Of a DNA stretch of 60,100 bases, positions 8,077 to 18,130 are shown one piece after another. The position numbers were made by a program, and so were the translations under genes. The notes below the pieces were generated by a model. The model saw only the letters and a list, made by a program, of their open reading frames with translations, searched no databases and was not told the DNA's origin. Numbering within the stretch: the first letter of the stretch is position 1; every line of letters begins with the position of its first letter. The stretch comes from Pseudopedobacter sp. (GTDB taxonomy: Bacteria > Bacteroidota > Bacteroidia > Sphingobacteriales > Sphingobacteriaceae): positions 1 through 60,100 of the forward strand of contig NZ_JBEBVH010000001.1 of the NCBI RefSeq assembly GCF_040392825.1, in the 5' to 3' direction.

Positions 8077-11064
8077 ATGGAAAGCACAAAGAAATATTGG
8101 AAAGGTTTAGAGGAGCTGAATCAAACTCCTGAATTCGTTGAGAAGAACAAAGGCGAATTTGCTGAACCGCTTCCTATTGAAGAAGTATTAGAAGGTTCTG
8201 GATTGAAGACTTCTACTCCACGTCGTGATTTTTTAAAGACTATGGGATTTGGTTTAGGTGCAGTAACTTTAGCTGCATGTAATACCGCTCCGGTTAGAAA
8301 ATCTATTCCATATCTGATAAAACCAGAAGACGTAACACCAGGTGTTCCTAACTATTATGCATCAAGCTTTAAGGGAACAGGTGTTATTGTTAAAACACGC
8401 GAAGGCAGACCGATTAAATTGGAAGGAAACCCAGCGTGTCCTATAAACGCAGGAGGTTTAGATGCACAAGGTCAGGCTTCTGTTTTAGATCTTTATGATA
8501 ACTCTAAACTACACGGACCTTTATTAAACGGTAAAGAATCATCCTGGGAAGATGTAGATAAATTTGTAAAGGCAGAACTGGCTAAGGTGCAGGCTGCTGG
8601 TAAATCTATCGTTATTCTTAGCGCTACAATAAACAGTCCTTCAACTAAAAAAGTAATTGCAGAATTTACTGCTAAATATCCAAACACCAAGCAGATTACT
8701 TATGATGCCGTTTCTTACGGTGGAATCATTAAGGCAAATGCTGATAGCTTTGGTAAAGCAGTAATCCCTCAATATAATTTTGATAAAGCTCAGGTTGTGG
8801 TAAGCTTTGGCGCCGATTTCCTGGGGTCATGGATTTCTCCTTCTCAGTATGCTGTTCAATACTATAAAAACAGAAACTATAAATCCTTAGCGGCGAAGAA
8901 AATGTCCAGACACATTCAGTTCGAGTCAATTCTTACTCAAGCTGGGGCATCTGCAGATTCAAGAATTGTAATTAAACCTTCTCAGGAAGCAGCGGCAGTA
9001 CTTGCATTGTATGCGGAGTTAACGGGAACGTCAGTTTCAGGAGCCAATCTTTCTTCTAATCCGGCGGCAACTGCAGCTATCAAATTAGCAGCTAAAGAAT
9101 TGTCGGCAGCTAAAGGAGCAGCTTTAGTGATTTCAGGCTCAAATGACCCTCAAATCCAGACAGTAGTTAATGCCATTAACAGTGCGCTTGGAAGTTACGG
9201 TTCTACTATAGACCTGGATAACCCAAGTAATCAATATGCAGGAAATGATACTGATATTGTAACGTTAATTAACGAAGCAAAAGGCGGGTCTGTTGGAGCT
9301 GTTTTCTTCCTGAATACTAATCCTGTATATACTTATGCAGATAATAAGTCGTTCAAAGAAGCAATCCAGAAAGTAGCGTTAAGAGTTTCTTTTGCTGACA
9401 GAGAAGATGAAACAGCATCATTATCTAACGTAGTTGCTGCAAATCATAACTTTTTAGAATCTTGGGGTGATGCTAACGCGTTATCTGGTTATTATACAAT
9501 CGTTCAACCGACGATCAATCCAATTTATAATACAAGGCAAGCAGAAGAAAGCTTATTAAACTGGGCAGAGAATGCAACTCCGGAGTATTATACATTTGTA
9601 AAGAATAATTGGGAAACTGCAATTCTTCCAGGTTCTGGAAAAACATGGCAGGATGTTTTACAAACCGGTCATATATTACAGGCAGCCAAACCAGCAGCAG
9701 CTTATAGCTTTGTTGGGAATGTAGCAGCAGCAGCGGCTACATTAGCATCTAAGTACAAAACAACAGATGCTATAGAACTTTGCTTGTATACCAGTGTAAT
9801 AGGAACAGGCGAGCAGGCTAATAACCCTGTTTTGCAAGAAACACCAGATCCAATATCTAAAGTAACCTGGGATAACTATGCAGCTGTTAATCCTAAGTAT
9901 GCAGAGAAATTAGGATTAAAAGAAAATAGTCTTGTTAAAGTAACAGGTGGAGATTATTCTGTTGAATTACCTCTTTTACTTCAGCCAGGTCAAGCTCACG
10001 AGACTGTAGCAATAGCTTTAGGTTACGGAAGAGAAAAATCGGGAAAAGTAGGTGACGGCCTGGGTAAAAATGCATATCCGTTTATGGGCGTTTCTACTGT
10101 AACTATTGAGCAGGTTTCTGGTTACTATGAGTTAGCTCAGACACAAACTCACCATTCTTATGAAGGAAGAAATGTAATTAGAGAAGCTTCATTCTCAGAC
10201 TACAAAAAAGACCCTTCAAGTGGTAACCCTCATAATCACCATAAGACTTACGATTTATGGAAAAAATATGAGACCCCTGGACACAATTGGGTAATGGCAA
10301 TCGATTTGAATGCTTGTACTGGTTGTGGTGCATGTATAGTTGCTTGTAATATCGAAAATAACGTTCCTGTTGTGGGTAGAGACGAAGTTCGTCGTCGTCG
10401 CGAAATGCACTGGTTACGTATCGATCGTTATTACACTTTCAACGAAGAGGGAAAATCAATCACAGAAGAAAAAGAGATCCAAAAGATTGAAGGAAGAATG
10501 GAAGACATTTCAGTGGTTAATCAACCAATGATGTGTCAGCATTGTGACCATGCTCCTTGTGAAACTGTTTGTCCGGTACTGGCAACGGTACACTCTTCTG
10601 ATGGTTTGAACCACATGGCATATAACCGTTGTGTAGGTACAAGATATTGTGCTAACAACTGTCCTTTCAAAGTTCGTCGTTTCAACTGGTTTAACTACTG
10701 GAACGATTCTCGTTTCGATAACTATTTAAATAACGAGTTTACACAATTGGTATTGAATCCGGATGTAACTACACGTTTCCGTGGTGTTATGGAAAAATGT
10801 TCAATGTGTATCCAACGTATCCAGGCGGGTAAATTGCAAGCTAAGATCGAGAGAAGAGAACTTAAAGATGGTGATATCAAAATGGCTTGTCAGCAAACTT
10901 GTGCTTCAAATGCAATCATCTTCGGTGATGCAAATGACCCTAATTCTGAAGTATCGAAAGCGCTTAAAAACGAAAGAGTATACTACGTTTTAGAAGAGAT
11001 CAATGTTCAGGCAGGTGTTGGTTATATGACAAAGATTACTAACACAGGGTTACAAGAGGCTTAA
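8077..11064 (+). CDS. actB: Alternative complex III ActB (Tat-type molybdopterin-oxidoreductase-like plus Fe-S domain)
   Basis: KKYWKGLEEL, RRDFLK twin-Arg followed by LAAC lipobox, CTGCGACIVAC, CQHCDHAPCETVCP, CVGTRYCANNCP, KCSMC. Confidence 0.93.
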   Translation: MESTKKYWKGLEELNQTPEFVEKNKGEFAEPLPIEEVLEGSGLKTSTPRRDFLKTMGFGLGAVTLAACNTAPVRKSIPYLIKPEDVTPGVPNYYASSFKGTGVIVKTREGRPIKLEGNPACPINAGGLDAQGQASVLDLYDNSKLHGPLLNGKESSWEDVDKFVKAELAKVQAAGKSIVILSATINSPSTKKVIAEFTAKYPNTKQITYDAVSYGGIIKANADSFGKAVIPQYNFDKAQVVVSFGADFLGSWISPSQYAVQYYKNRNYKSLAAKKMSRHIQFESILTQAGASADSRIVIKPSQEAAAVLALYAELTGTSVSGANLSSNPAATAAIKLAAKELSAAKGAALVISGSNDPQIQTVVNAINSALGSYGSTIDLDNPSNQYAGNDTDIVTLINEAKGGSVGAVFFLNTNPVYTYADNKSFKEAIQKVALRVSFADREDETASLSNVVAANHNFLESWGDANALSGYYTIVQPTINPIYNTRQAEESLLNWAENATPEYYTFVKNNWETAILPGSGKTWQDVLQTGHILQAAKPAAAYSFVGNVAAAAATLASKYKTTDAIELCLYTSVIGTGEQANNPVLQETPDPISKVTWDNYAAVNPKYAEKLGLKENSLVKVTGGDYSVELPLLLQPGQAHETVAIALGYGREKSGKVGDGLGKNAYPFMGVSTVTIEQVSGYYELAQTQTHHSYEGRNVIREASFSDYKKDPSSGNPHNHHKTYDLWKKYETPGHNWVMAIDLNACTGCGACIVACNIENNVPVVGRDEVRRRREMHWLRIDRYYTFNEEGKSITEEKEIQKIEGRMEDISVVNQPMMCQHCDHAPCETVCPVLATVHSSDGLNHMAYNRCVGTRYCANNCPFKVRRFNWFNYWNDSRFDNYLNNEFTQLVLNPDVTTRFRGVMEKCSMCIQRIQAGKLQAKIERRELKDGDIKMACQQTCASNAIIFGDANDPNSEVSKALKNERVYYVLEEINVQAGVGYMTKITNTGLQEA

Positions 11065-11090
11065 TTTTAGGATTTTATTAAAAAGAAAAT

Positions 11091-12560
11091 ATGGCATCTC
11101 ATCACGAATCGATATTAAGAGAACCGTTAATAACCGGTAAAGACATTACGTACAGAAGAATTTCTGACGAGGTTCTTTTACCAGTAGAAAATAAACCAAA
11201 CAAAGCTTGGTGGATAGGATTCACTGTAGCTGTAGCAGGAGCTTTGCTTTGGGTTGTCAGCATTAGTTATACATTCTGGTATGGTATAGGAGCATGGGGA
11301 TTAAACAAGACAGTAGGTTGGGCTTGGGATATCACCGGTTTCGTATGGTGGGTAGGTATCGGTCACGCCGGTACATTAATCTCTGCGGTATTGTTACTTT
11401 TTCGCCAGAACTGGAGGAATTCAATTAACCGTTCTGCAGAGGCAATGACAATCTTTGCCGTTATCTGTGCTGCAACTTACATTATTGCACACATGGGACG
11501 TCCATGGTTAGCTCATTTCGTATTCCCGCTTCCGAATCAATTTGGTTCATTATGGGTTAACTTTAACTCACCACTAATTTGGGACGTATTTGCGATCTCT
11601 ACATATTTCTCTGTATCATTATTATTCTGGTACATTGGTTTATTACCAGATATTGCAACTATCAGAGATAGAGCAACAGGTTTAAAAAGAAGAATCTATT
11701 CTATCCTTTCTTTCGGATGGACTGGGTCGGTAAAAACCTGGCAACGCTTTGAGGCTGTTTGTTTGATCTTGTCAGGTCTTTCTACACCTCTTGTACTTTC
11801 GGTACACACAATTGTATCCTTTGACTTTGCTACCTCGGTAATTCCTGGTTGGCATACCACAATTTTCCCTCCGTACTTCGTTGCGGGAGCGATTTTCTCC
11901 GGATTTGCAATGGTACAGACGTTGTTGCTAATTACCAGAAAAGTATTAGGTCTGGAGAACTACATTACCATGTTCCATATTGAATCTATGAACAAGATTA
12001 TCGTGTTAACAGGTTCTATTGTGGGTGTTGCGTACTTGACAGAGCTGTTTATTGCATGGTATTCTGGTGTAGAGTACGAGCAGTATGCATTCCTGAACCG
12101 TATTTCTGGTCCTTATGCATGGGCTTACTGGTGTATGATGACTTGTAACGTGATTACGCCGCAATTATTCTGGTTCTCTAAAATCAGAACGAATATAGCA
12201 GTATCATGGGTGTTGTCAATCGTTGTAAACATTGGTATGTGGTTCGAGCGTTTTGTAATTATCGTAACTTCATTACATAGAGATTATATCCCGTCAAGCT
12301 GGGCAATGTTTTATCCAACTTGGGTTGATATCGGTCTATTTATTGGTTCAATCGGAGTATTCTTTACATTGTTCTTATTATTCATTAGAGTGTTGCCTTC
12401 TGTAGCTATGGCAGAGGTTAAATTACTGGTGAAATCATCTTCAGAACAAAGTAAGAAAGCATTGATTGAAAAAGGAGTTCTTAAACCAGAGGAGGTTGAA
12501 TACTATAAAGAGTCTTTAACCAAATTTGATAGTGTTAACCAAGCTGATTACGCAAAATAA
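11091..12560 (+). CDS. actC: Alternative complex III ActC (NrfD/PsrC family quinol-binding subunit)
   Basis: WWVGIGHAGTLISA, RSAEAMT, HMGRPW, GMWFERFVII. Confidence 0.93.
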   Translation: MASHHESILREPLITGKDITYRRISDEVLLPVENKPNKAWWIGFTVAVAGALLWVVSISYTFWYGIGAWGLNKTVGWAWDITGFVWWVGIGHAGTLISAVLLLFRQNWRNSINRSAEAMTIFAVICAATYIIAHMGRPWLAHFVFPLPNQFGSLWVNFNSPLIWDVFAISTYFSVSLLFWYIGLLPDIATIRDRATGLKRRIYSILSFGWTGSVKTWQRFEAVCLILSGLSTPLVLSVHTIVSFDFATSVIPGWHTTIFPPYFVAGAIFSGFAMVQTLLLITRKVLGLENYITMFHIESMNKIIVLTGSIVGVAYLTELFIAWYSGVEYEQYAFLNRISGPYAWAYWCMMTCNVITPQLFWFSKIRTNIAVSWVLSIVVNIGMWFERFVIIVTSLHRDYIPSSWAMFYPTWVDIGLFIGSIGVFFTLFLLFIRVLPSVAMAEVKLLVKSSSEQSKKALIEKGVLKPEEVEYYKESLTKFDSVNQADYAK

Positions 12561-12565
12561 TAACA

Positions 12566-13102
12566 ATGAGCAACACTAAATATATTTTAGCATCTTATGC
12601 AGATCCTGACGATATGATGGCAGGGATCGATGCTTTACAAAAAAATAACATCAAGATTTACGACGCTTTTACTCCTATGCCAATACACGGTATAGAAGAC
12701 AAGCTGGGCGTTAAGAGAAGCCGTTTACCAATCGTTGCATTTTTATTTGGTATAACTGGAACTGCTTGTGCTTTTAGTTTAATGTACTATACTCTGGTTT
12801 ACGATTGGCCGATGAATATAGGAGGTAAGCCGGCATTCGCATTCCCGGATTTTATTCCGATTATGTTTGAGCTTACGGTTTTATTTGCTTCTTACGGAAT
12901 GGGATTTACTTTCTTTTATAGAACACACCTTTTTCCGGGAAGAGCACCAAGAGTAATGGATTTTAGAGCTACTGATGATCATTTTGTGTTAGCAGTTGAT
13001 GCAGCAGAGAACACAGACCACGAGAAAATCGATTCTTTGTTTAGAGAAACTGGCGCAGTAGAAGTTAAGTACAACGATAGAAAATATGTTAGCTATGAAT
13101 AA
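12566..13102 (+). CDS. actD: Alternative complex III ActD (DUF3341)
   Basis: FTPMPIHG, DWPMNIGGKP, FELTVLFA, operon position. Confidence 0.9.
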   Translation: MSNTKYILASYADPDDMMAGIDALQKNNIKIYDAFTPMPIHGIEDKLGVKRSRLPIVAFLFGITGTACAFSLMYYTLVYDWPMNIGGKPAFAFPDFIPIMFELTVLFASYGMGFTFFYRTHLFPGRAPRVMDFRATDDHFVLAVDAAENTDHEKIDSLFRETGAVEVKYNDRKYVSYE

Positions 13103-13676
13103 GACCAGTATAGTAAGTTTCGCATTAGTAGCTTTAGGTGCTGTAGCTATATTAAGCTCTTGTAGAGATAAGAGAAGTACTGGATTAGAATTTGCTCCGA
13201 ACATGTATGAACCAATTGCATACAATCCGGATCAGAAAAACCCGAATTTTGCTGATGGAAAGACAGCGCAAATTCCACCGGCGGGAACTGTGCCTATTGG
13301 ATATACGAAATTTGAATATCCTAATACAAGAGAAGGTTACGACGCTTCTAAGGCAGCACTTAATCCTTTGGAAGTAAATGAGAAGAATTTAGCAGAAGGT
13401 AAACAATTATACATTGCTATGTGTGGCCCTTGCCACGGAGCAAATGGTACTGGCAACGGTCATATCGTTGAGCTAGGTAAGTATCCGGCGCCCCCTTCAT
13501 ACGCTACGGGAAATTCTTCAAGGGGAGGATTAATGAAGGATTTAACTCCAGGTCAGATTTACCATACCATAGAGTATGGATTAAACCTAATGGGATCTTA
13601 CGCTTCTCAGCTTTCTCCTGAAGAGAGATGGAAAGTAGTAATGTATGTTAATCAATTACAAAACGGACAACAATAA
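13086..13676 (+). CDS. actE: Alternative complex III ActE (monoheme cytochrome c lipoprotein)
   Basis: LSSC lipobox, PNMY, CGPCH, MGSYASQL. The start may be the second Met at 13095. Confidence 0.9.
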   Translation: MLAMNKTSIVSFALVALGAVAILSSCRDKRSTGLEFAPNMYEPIAYNPDQKNPNFADGKTAQIPPAGTVPIGYTKFEYPNTREGYDASKAALNPLEVNEKNLAEGKQLYIAMCGPCHGANGTGNGHIVELGKYPAPPSYATGNSSRGGLMKDLTPGQIYHTIEYGLNLMGSYASQLSPEERWKVVMYVNQLQNGQQ

Positions 13677-13692
13677 TTGATCAAAAAATAAA

Positions 13693-14928
13693 ATGGGAAC
13701 TCATAATCATACGCATAATTTTTCGGAACAATTCGAATTCTCAGGAAAAGCTAAAACGTATAGTTTAGTAGCGATTTTGATCGGTATTGTTGCTATCGCC
13801 TACGGTTTTTTAACTGAGAATGGTTCAAACCACCACGCAGAAAGGACTTTTGCCAATCTGTTATTAATGGGCTATTATTTCACTTGTGTGTGTGCTGCCG
13901 GAACTTTCTTCTTAGCAGTGCAATATGTAGCACAAGCAGGATGGTCTGCAGGTTTGATTCGTATACCTCAGGCATTTTCAAAAGTGTTGCCTATCGCCAG
14001 TATTATTTTAATAATAATTGCAGCAGCAGGTTTAGGTACACATAATTTATATCATCACTGGAACGGTGAGGGCCTTACAGAAGTGGGACACAAAAACTAC
14101 GACCCGCTTATTGCAGGAAAAGCAGGTTACTTAAACACACCTTTTTTCCTTACCAGATTAGTTATCTTCCTGGCTGTTTATAGCTTTTTCGGATACCTAT
14201 TACCTAAATTATCTAATAATGAAGATTTGGAAGGCGGATTGAGTAGCTATAAACGAAGCATTAAGAACTCAGCAATATTTTTGGTAATCTTTGGTTTCAC
14301 TACACCAATATGGTCTTTTGATACTATTATGTCATTAGAGGCACATTGGTTCTCCACCATGTTTGGTTGGTATAACTTTGCAGCAATGTGGGTGACAGGT
14401 TTATCTGCTATTGCTATTGTAGTAATCTTATTAAAGAAAAGCGGATATTTAAGCTGGATAAATGAAAATCATATCCATGATTTAGGTAAATTTATGTTTG
14501 CTTTCTCTATTTTCTGGACTTACGTATGGTTTGCCCAATTCTTATTGATCTACTACGCGAACATGCCAGAGGAAACCGTGTATTTTTACAAAAGATTTGA
14601 ACCAGAATATTTACCTTGGTTCTGGCTGAATTTAATCATGAACTTTGTTTCTCCGTTATTAATTTTAATGACAAGAGACTCAAAACGTAAAATGAACGTT
14701 ATTCTTTTTGTAGCAATCTTAATTATCTGTGGTCACTGGTTAGATTACTATATGATGATTATGCCGGGTACAGTAGAGGCTCATAGAGGTTTCGGACTAA
14801 TCGAAATAGGTATTTTCTTTGGATTTGTTGGTTTATTTACTTTCTTAACCTTGAGTGCGTTAAGCAAGGTGGCATTGGCGCCTAAAAATCATCCATTCTT
14901 AGAAGAGAGTGTACATCATCATATTTAA
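13693..14928 (+). CDS. actF: Alternative complex III ActF membrane subunit
   Basis: MSLEAHWFSTMFG, HDLGKFMFAFSIFWTY, YYANMPEE, about 10 TM segments. Confidence 0.9.
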   Translation: MGTHNHTHNFSEQFEFSGKAKTYSLVAILIGIVAIAYGFLTENGSNHHAERTFANLLLMGYYFTCVCAAGTFFLAVQYVAQAGWSAGLIRIPQAFSKVLPIASIILIIIAAAGLGTHNLYHHWNGEGLTEVGHKNYDPLIAGKAGYLNTPFFLTRLVIFLAVYSFFGYLLPKLSNNEDLEGGLSSYKRSIKNSAIFLVIFGFTTPIWSFDTIMSLEAHWFSTMFGWYNFAAMWVTGLSAIAIVVILLKKSGYLSWINENHIHDLGKFMFAFSIFWTYVWFAQFLLIYYANMPEETVYFYKRFEPEYLPWFWLNLIMNFVSPLLILMTRDSKRKMNVILFVAILIICGHWLDYYMMIMPGTVEAHRGFGLIEIGIFFGFVGLFTFLTLSALSKVALAPKNHPFLEESVHHHI

Positions 14929-14954
14929 TAGAAACTGGTACTACTTAAAATAAA

Positions 14955-16145
14955 ATGAATATAAAGAAGTATTTAAATTTTAGAACAGTGTTGTCATTAG
15001 TTGGAGTAATGAGTCTGTCATTAACTTCAGTTATGGCGCAAACTGCAGAACAGGCGGTTGATGCTGCTACAAAACATGAGGGCTTGGGTAAGGTAGTATT
15101 CTACTATGTTTTGTTATTCCTTTTAATCGGCTTGTTTATAGGTGTGATTGGGAAGGTTCTTCATGTGTATGAACTGACAAAAAAAATTCAGGGTAAGAAG
15201 GAGGGAATTGCATGGAATAAATTCAATGGAATAATGTTTATAGTAGCATTATTAGTTGGATTATATGGTGCATATTGGTCTTATACTGTCCATGGCGCGC
15301 AAATTTTACCAGAGGCAGCTTCTGAGCATGGTAAATCTGTAGATAGCATGTTCAATACAACTTTGATTATTACTACAATTGTATTTGTATTGACACATAT
15401 TGCTCTGTTTTTCTTTCTTTTCAAATACAAGTTTAGCAAGAAGAAAAAAGCTTATTTCTATCCTCATAATGATACGTTAGAGAAGTACTGGACTATTATT
15501 CCTGCAATTGCTCTATCTATATTGGTGTTAATGGGATTCTTTATTTGGAGAGGAATAACTAATGTTTCAGAGGAAGACATTGCTAAGGCAATTAAGATCG
15601 ATGTTACTGCACAACAGTTTAAATGGAATGTAAGATATGCTGGTGCAGACGGCGAAAATGGTAAGAAAAACTATAAGCTTATTGGTAGCTTGAACGGTTT
15701 AAATGCTATAGGTTTGGATTTGTCTGATAAGAGAAACTACGACGATCTACAAGTAAATGAAATTGTACTTCCGGTAGGAAAGCCTGTTAGATTTACAATT
15801 TCTTCAATAGACGTTCTACATAGTTTTTACTTACCTCACTTCAGAGTTCAGATGAATGCGGTACCAGGTATGCCTACTTTCTTCCAGTTTACGCCTACCA
15901 TTACTACAGCTGAAATGAAAGAGAAAACCAATGATGCTAAGTTTGAGTACATCTTGTTATGTGCGAAAATTTGTGGAGGTTCTCACTATAACATGAAGTT
16001 CAATGTAAAGGTGGTTAGTGAAAAGGAATATCAAAAATGGTTGACAGAGCAAAAGCCTATTGTAACCGAAGATATGAAGAAAGAATACCAGCTAGCTCTT
16101 GAGAAAGAAAATGGTGTCAGTAAACAAATTGCATTAAACAATTAA
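14955..16145 (+). CDS. ctaC: Cytochrome c oxidase subunit II
   Basis: QQFKW, DVLHSF, CuA motif CAKICGGSHYNM. No CXXCH, so aa3 rather than caa3 type. Confidence 0.93.
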   Translation: MNIKKYLNFRTVLSLVGVMSLSLTSVMAQTAEQAVDAATKHEGLGKVVFYYVLLFLLIGLFIGVIGKVLHVYELTKKIQGKKEGIAWNKFNGIMFIVALLVGLYGAYWSYTVHGAQILPEAASEHGKSVDSMFNTTLIITTIVFVLTHIALFFFLFKYKFSKKKKAYFYPHNDTLEKYWTIIPAIALSILVLMGFFIWRGITNVSEEDIAKAIKIDVTAQQFKWNVRYAGADGENGKKNYKLIGSLNGLNAIGLDLSDKRNYDDLQVNEIVLPVGKPVRFTISSIDVLHSFYLPHFRVQMNAVPGMPTFFQFTPTITTAEMKEKTNDAKFEYILLCAKICGGSHYNMKFNVKVVSEKEYQKWLTEQKPIVTEDMKKEYQLALEKENGVSKQIALNN

Positions 16146-16160
16146 GAAAAATTAGAGATT

Positions 16161-18050
16161 ATGGCAACAGCTGCAATTCATACAGATACACATCACCATG
16201 ATGACCATTCTCATGGTCATCATCACGAGACATTCTGGACGAAGTATATCTTCAGCCAGGATCATAAAATGATCGCGAAGCAGTACCTTATTACAGGTAT
16301 TATCATGGGCTTAATTGCGATGCTTTTATCATTAATGTTCAGGATTCAGTTAGCGTATCCTGATTCATCATTTCCTTTATTAGAAGTGTTGTTAGGGAAA
16401 TTTGCTCCAGATGGCAGATTAGATCCTAACTTCTTCTTATCGTTAGTAACTATCCACGGTACCATCATGGTATTCTTCGTATTAACTGCGGGTTTAAGTG
16501 GGACTTTCTCTAACTTATTAATTCCATTACAATTAGGCGCTCGTGATATGGCTTCCCCATTCATGAACATGCTTTCATACTGGTTGTTCTTTGCTGCTAG
16601 TGTTGTAATGGTAGGTACTTTCTTTATCGAATCTGGGCCAGCGGGTGCTGGATGGACAATTTATCCTCCATTATCTGCAGTACCTAAGGCTATGCCGGGT
16701 TCTGGCTTGGGTATGACGCTATGGTTAGTGTCTATGGTACTTTTCATTATATCAAGTTTAATGGGAGGTATTAACTATATTTCTACTGTACTTAATATGC
16801 GTACAAGAGGAATGGACTTATGGAAAATGCCTTTAACTATTTGGTCGTTCTTCCTAACTGCTATAGTAGGTTTGTTATCATTCCCTGTATTAGTAGCAGC
16901 GGTAGTACTTTTGATTTTTGATAGAAGCTTTGGTACTTCTTTCTATTTGTCAGATATATATATAGGAGGACAAGCTTTACCAAATGAAGGTGGTAGCCCT
17001 ATTTTATTCCAGCATTTATTCTGGTTCTTAGGTCACCCGGAGGTATATATTGTAATTATGCCCGCTTTGGGTATCTCTTCTGAGATTATCTCTACTAACT
17101 CACGTAAACCTATTTTCGGTTACCATGCGATGGTGTACTCTTTAATTGGTATTACTGTATTGTCTTTCATCGTATGGGGACACCATATGTTCGTAACAGG
17201 TATGAATCCTTTCTTGGGAGGGGTATTTATGATTACAACATTAATTATTGCTGTTCCTTCTGCGGTTAAGACGTTTAATTATTTGGCTACACTTTGGAGA
17301 GGTAATATCAGGTTTACTCCGGCAATGTTATTTGCAATCGGTTTGGTATCTTTCTTTATCTCCGGAGGTTTAACCGGTATCTTTTTAGGAAATGCAACTT
17401 TGGATATCAATCTACATGATACTTACTTTGTAGTTGCCCACTTCCACCTGGTAATGGGATCTGCTGCGATATTCGGTATGATTAGCGGTGTTTACCACTG
17501 GTTCCCTAAGATGTACGGTAGAATGTTAGACGAAAAATTGGGATATTTACACTTCTGGATTACTTTCGTAGCGGCTTATTTGGTGTTTTTTCCAATGCAC
17601 TTTATGGGCTTAGATGGTGTTCCCCGTAGATACTATGCTTTCACAGAGTTTGAATTTATGCATGAATGGTTGTCTGTTAACGTATTTGTTACCTGGGCAG
17701 CAATCGTTGGAGGCTTAGCTCAGTTTATATTTGTGTACAATTATTTCCATTCTATATTCTACGGTAAAAAGGCAGAACAGAATCCTTGGCAGTCTAATAC
17801 TTTAGAATGGACTACTCCGGTAGAACGTATTCACGGAAACTGGCCAGGAGAAATACCTACAGTGTATCGTTGGCCTTATGATTATAGCAAACCGGGGCAT
17901 CACGAAGATTTCATTCTTCAAACTGTGCCTCATTCTCAAACAATGAGTTCTAATTTGCCTCACGATTTCGAAGGTAATGAAGAGGCAGAGAAAATACAGG
18001 AGCAATGGAATGCCCTAAATACTGTTGAACAAAACGAAGAAGTAAAATAA
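16161..18050 (+). CDS. ctaD: Cytochrome c oxidase subunit I, A1 type
   Basis: DHK, TIHG, GHPEVY, WGHH, AHFH, PRRY. Confidence 0.97.
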   Translation: MATAAIHTDTHHHDDHSHGHHHETFWTKYIFSQDHKMIAKQYLITGIIMGLIAMLLSLMFRIQLAYPDSSFPLLEVLLGKFAPDGRLDPNFFLSLVTIHGTIMVFFVLTAGLSGTFSNLLIPLQLGARDMASPFMNMLSYWLFFAASVVMVGTFFIESGPAGAGWTIYPPLSAVPKAMPGSGLGMTLWLVSMVLFIISSLMGGINYISTVLNMRTRGMDLWKMPLTIWSFFLTAIVGLLSFPVLVAAVVLLIFDRSFGTSFYLSDIYIGGQALPNEGGSPILFQHLFWFLGHPEVYIVIMPALGISSEIISTNSRKPIFGYHAMVYSLIGITVLSFIVWGHHMFVTGMNPFLGGVFMITTLIIAVPSAVKTFNYLATLWRGNIRFTPAMLFAIGLVSFFISGGLTGIFLGNATLDINLHDTYFVVAHFHLVMGSAAIFGMISGVYHWFPKMYGRMLDEKLGYLHFWITFVAAYLVFFPMHFMGLDGVPRRYYAFTEFEFMHEWLSVNVFVTWAAIVGGLAQFIFVYNYFHSIFYGKKAEQNPWQSNTLEWTTPVERIHGNWPGEIPTVYRWPYDYSKPGHHEDFILQTVPHSQTMSSNLPHDFEGNEEAEKIQEQWNALNTVEQNEEVK

Positions 18051-18077
18051 TAACTTCAGAAATTCAATAATAAAATA

Positions 18078-18116
18078 ATGGGGTATCCGGGTAAGTATAC
18101 TTACAAGATACCCCAT
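18078..18116 (+). terminator. Long intergenic stem-loop after ctaD (terminator or mRNA stabiliser)
   Basis: ATGGGGTATC / GATACCCCAT enclosing the palindrome GTAAGTATACTTAC, with no clear U-tract. Confidence 0.6.
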
Positions 18117-18130
18117 CATTATATAAAGTA

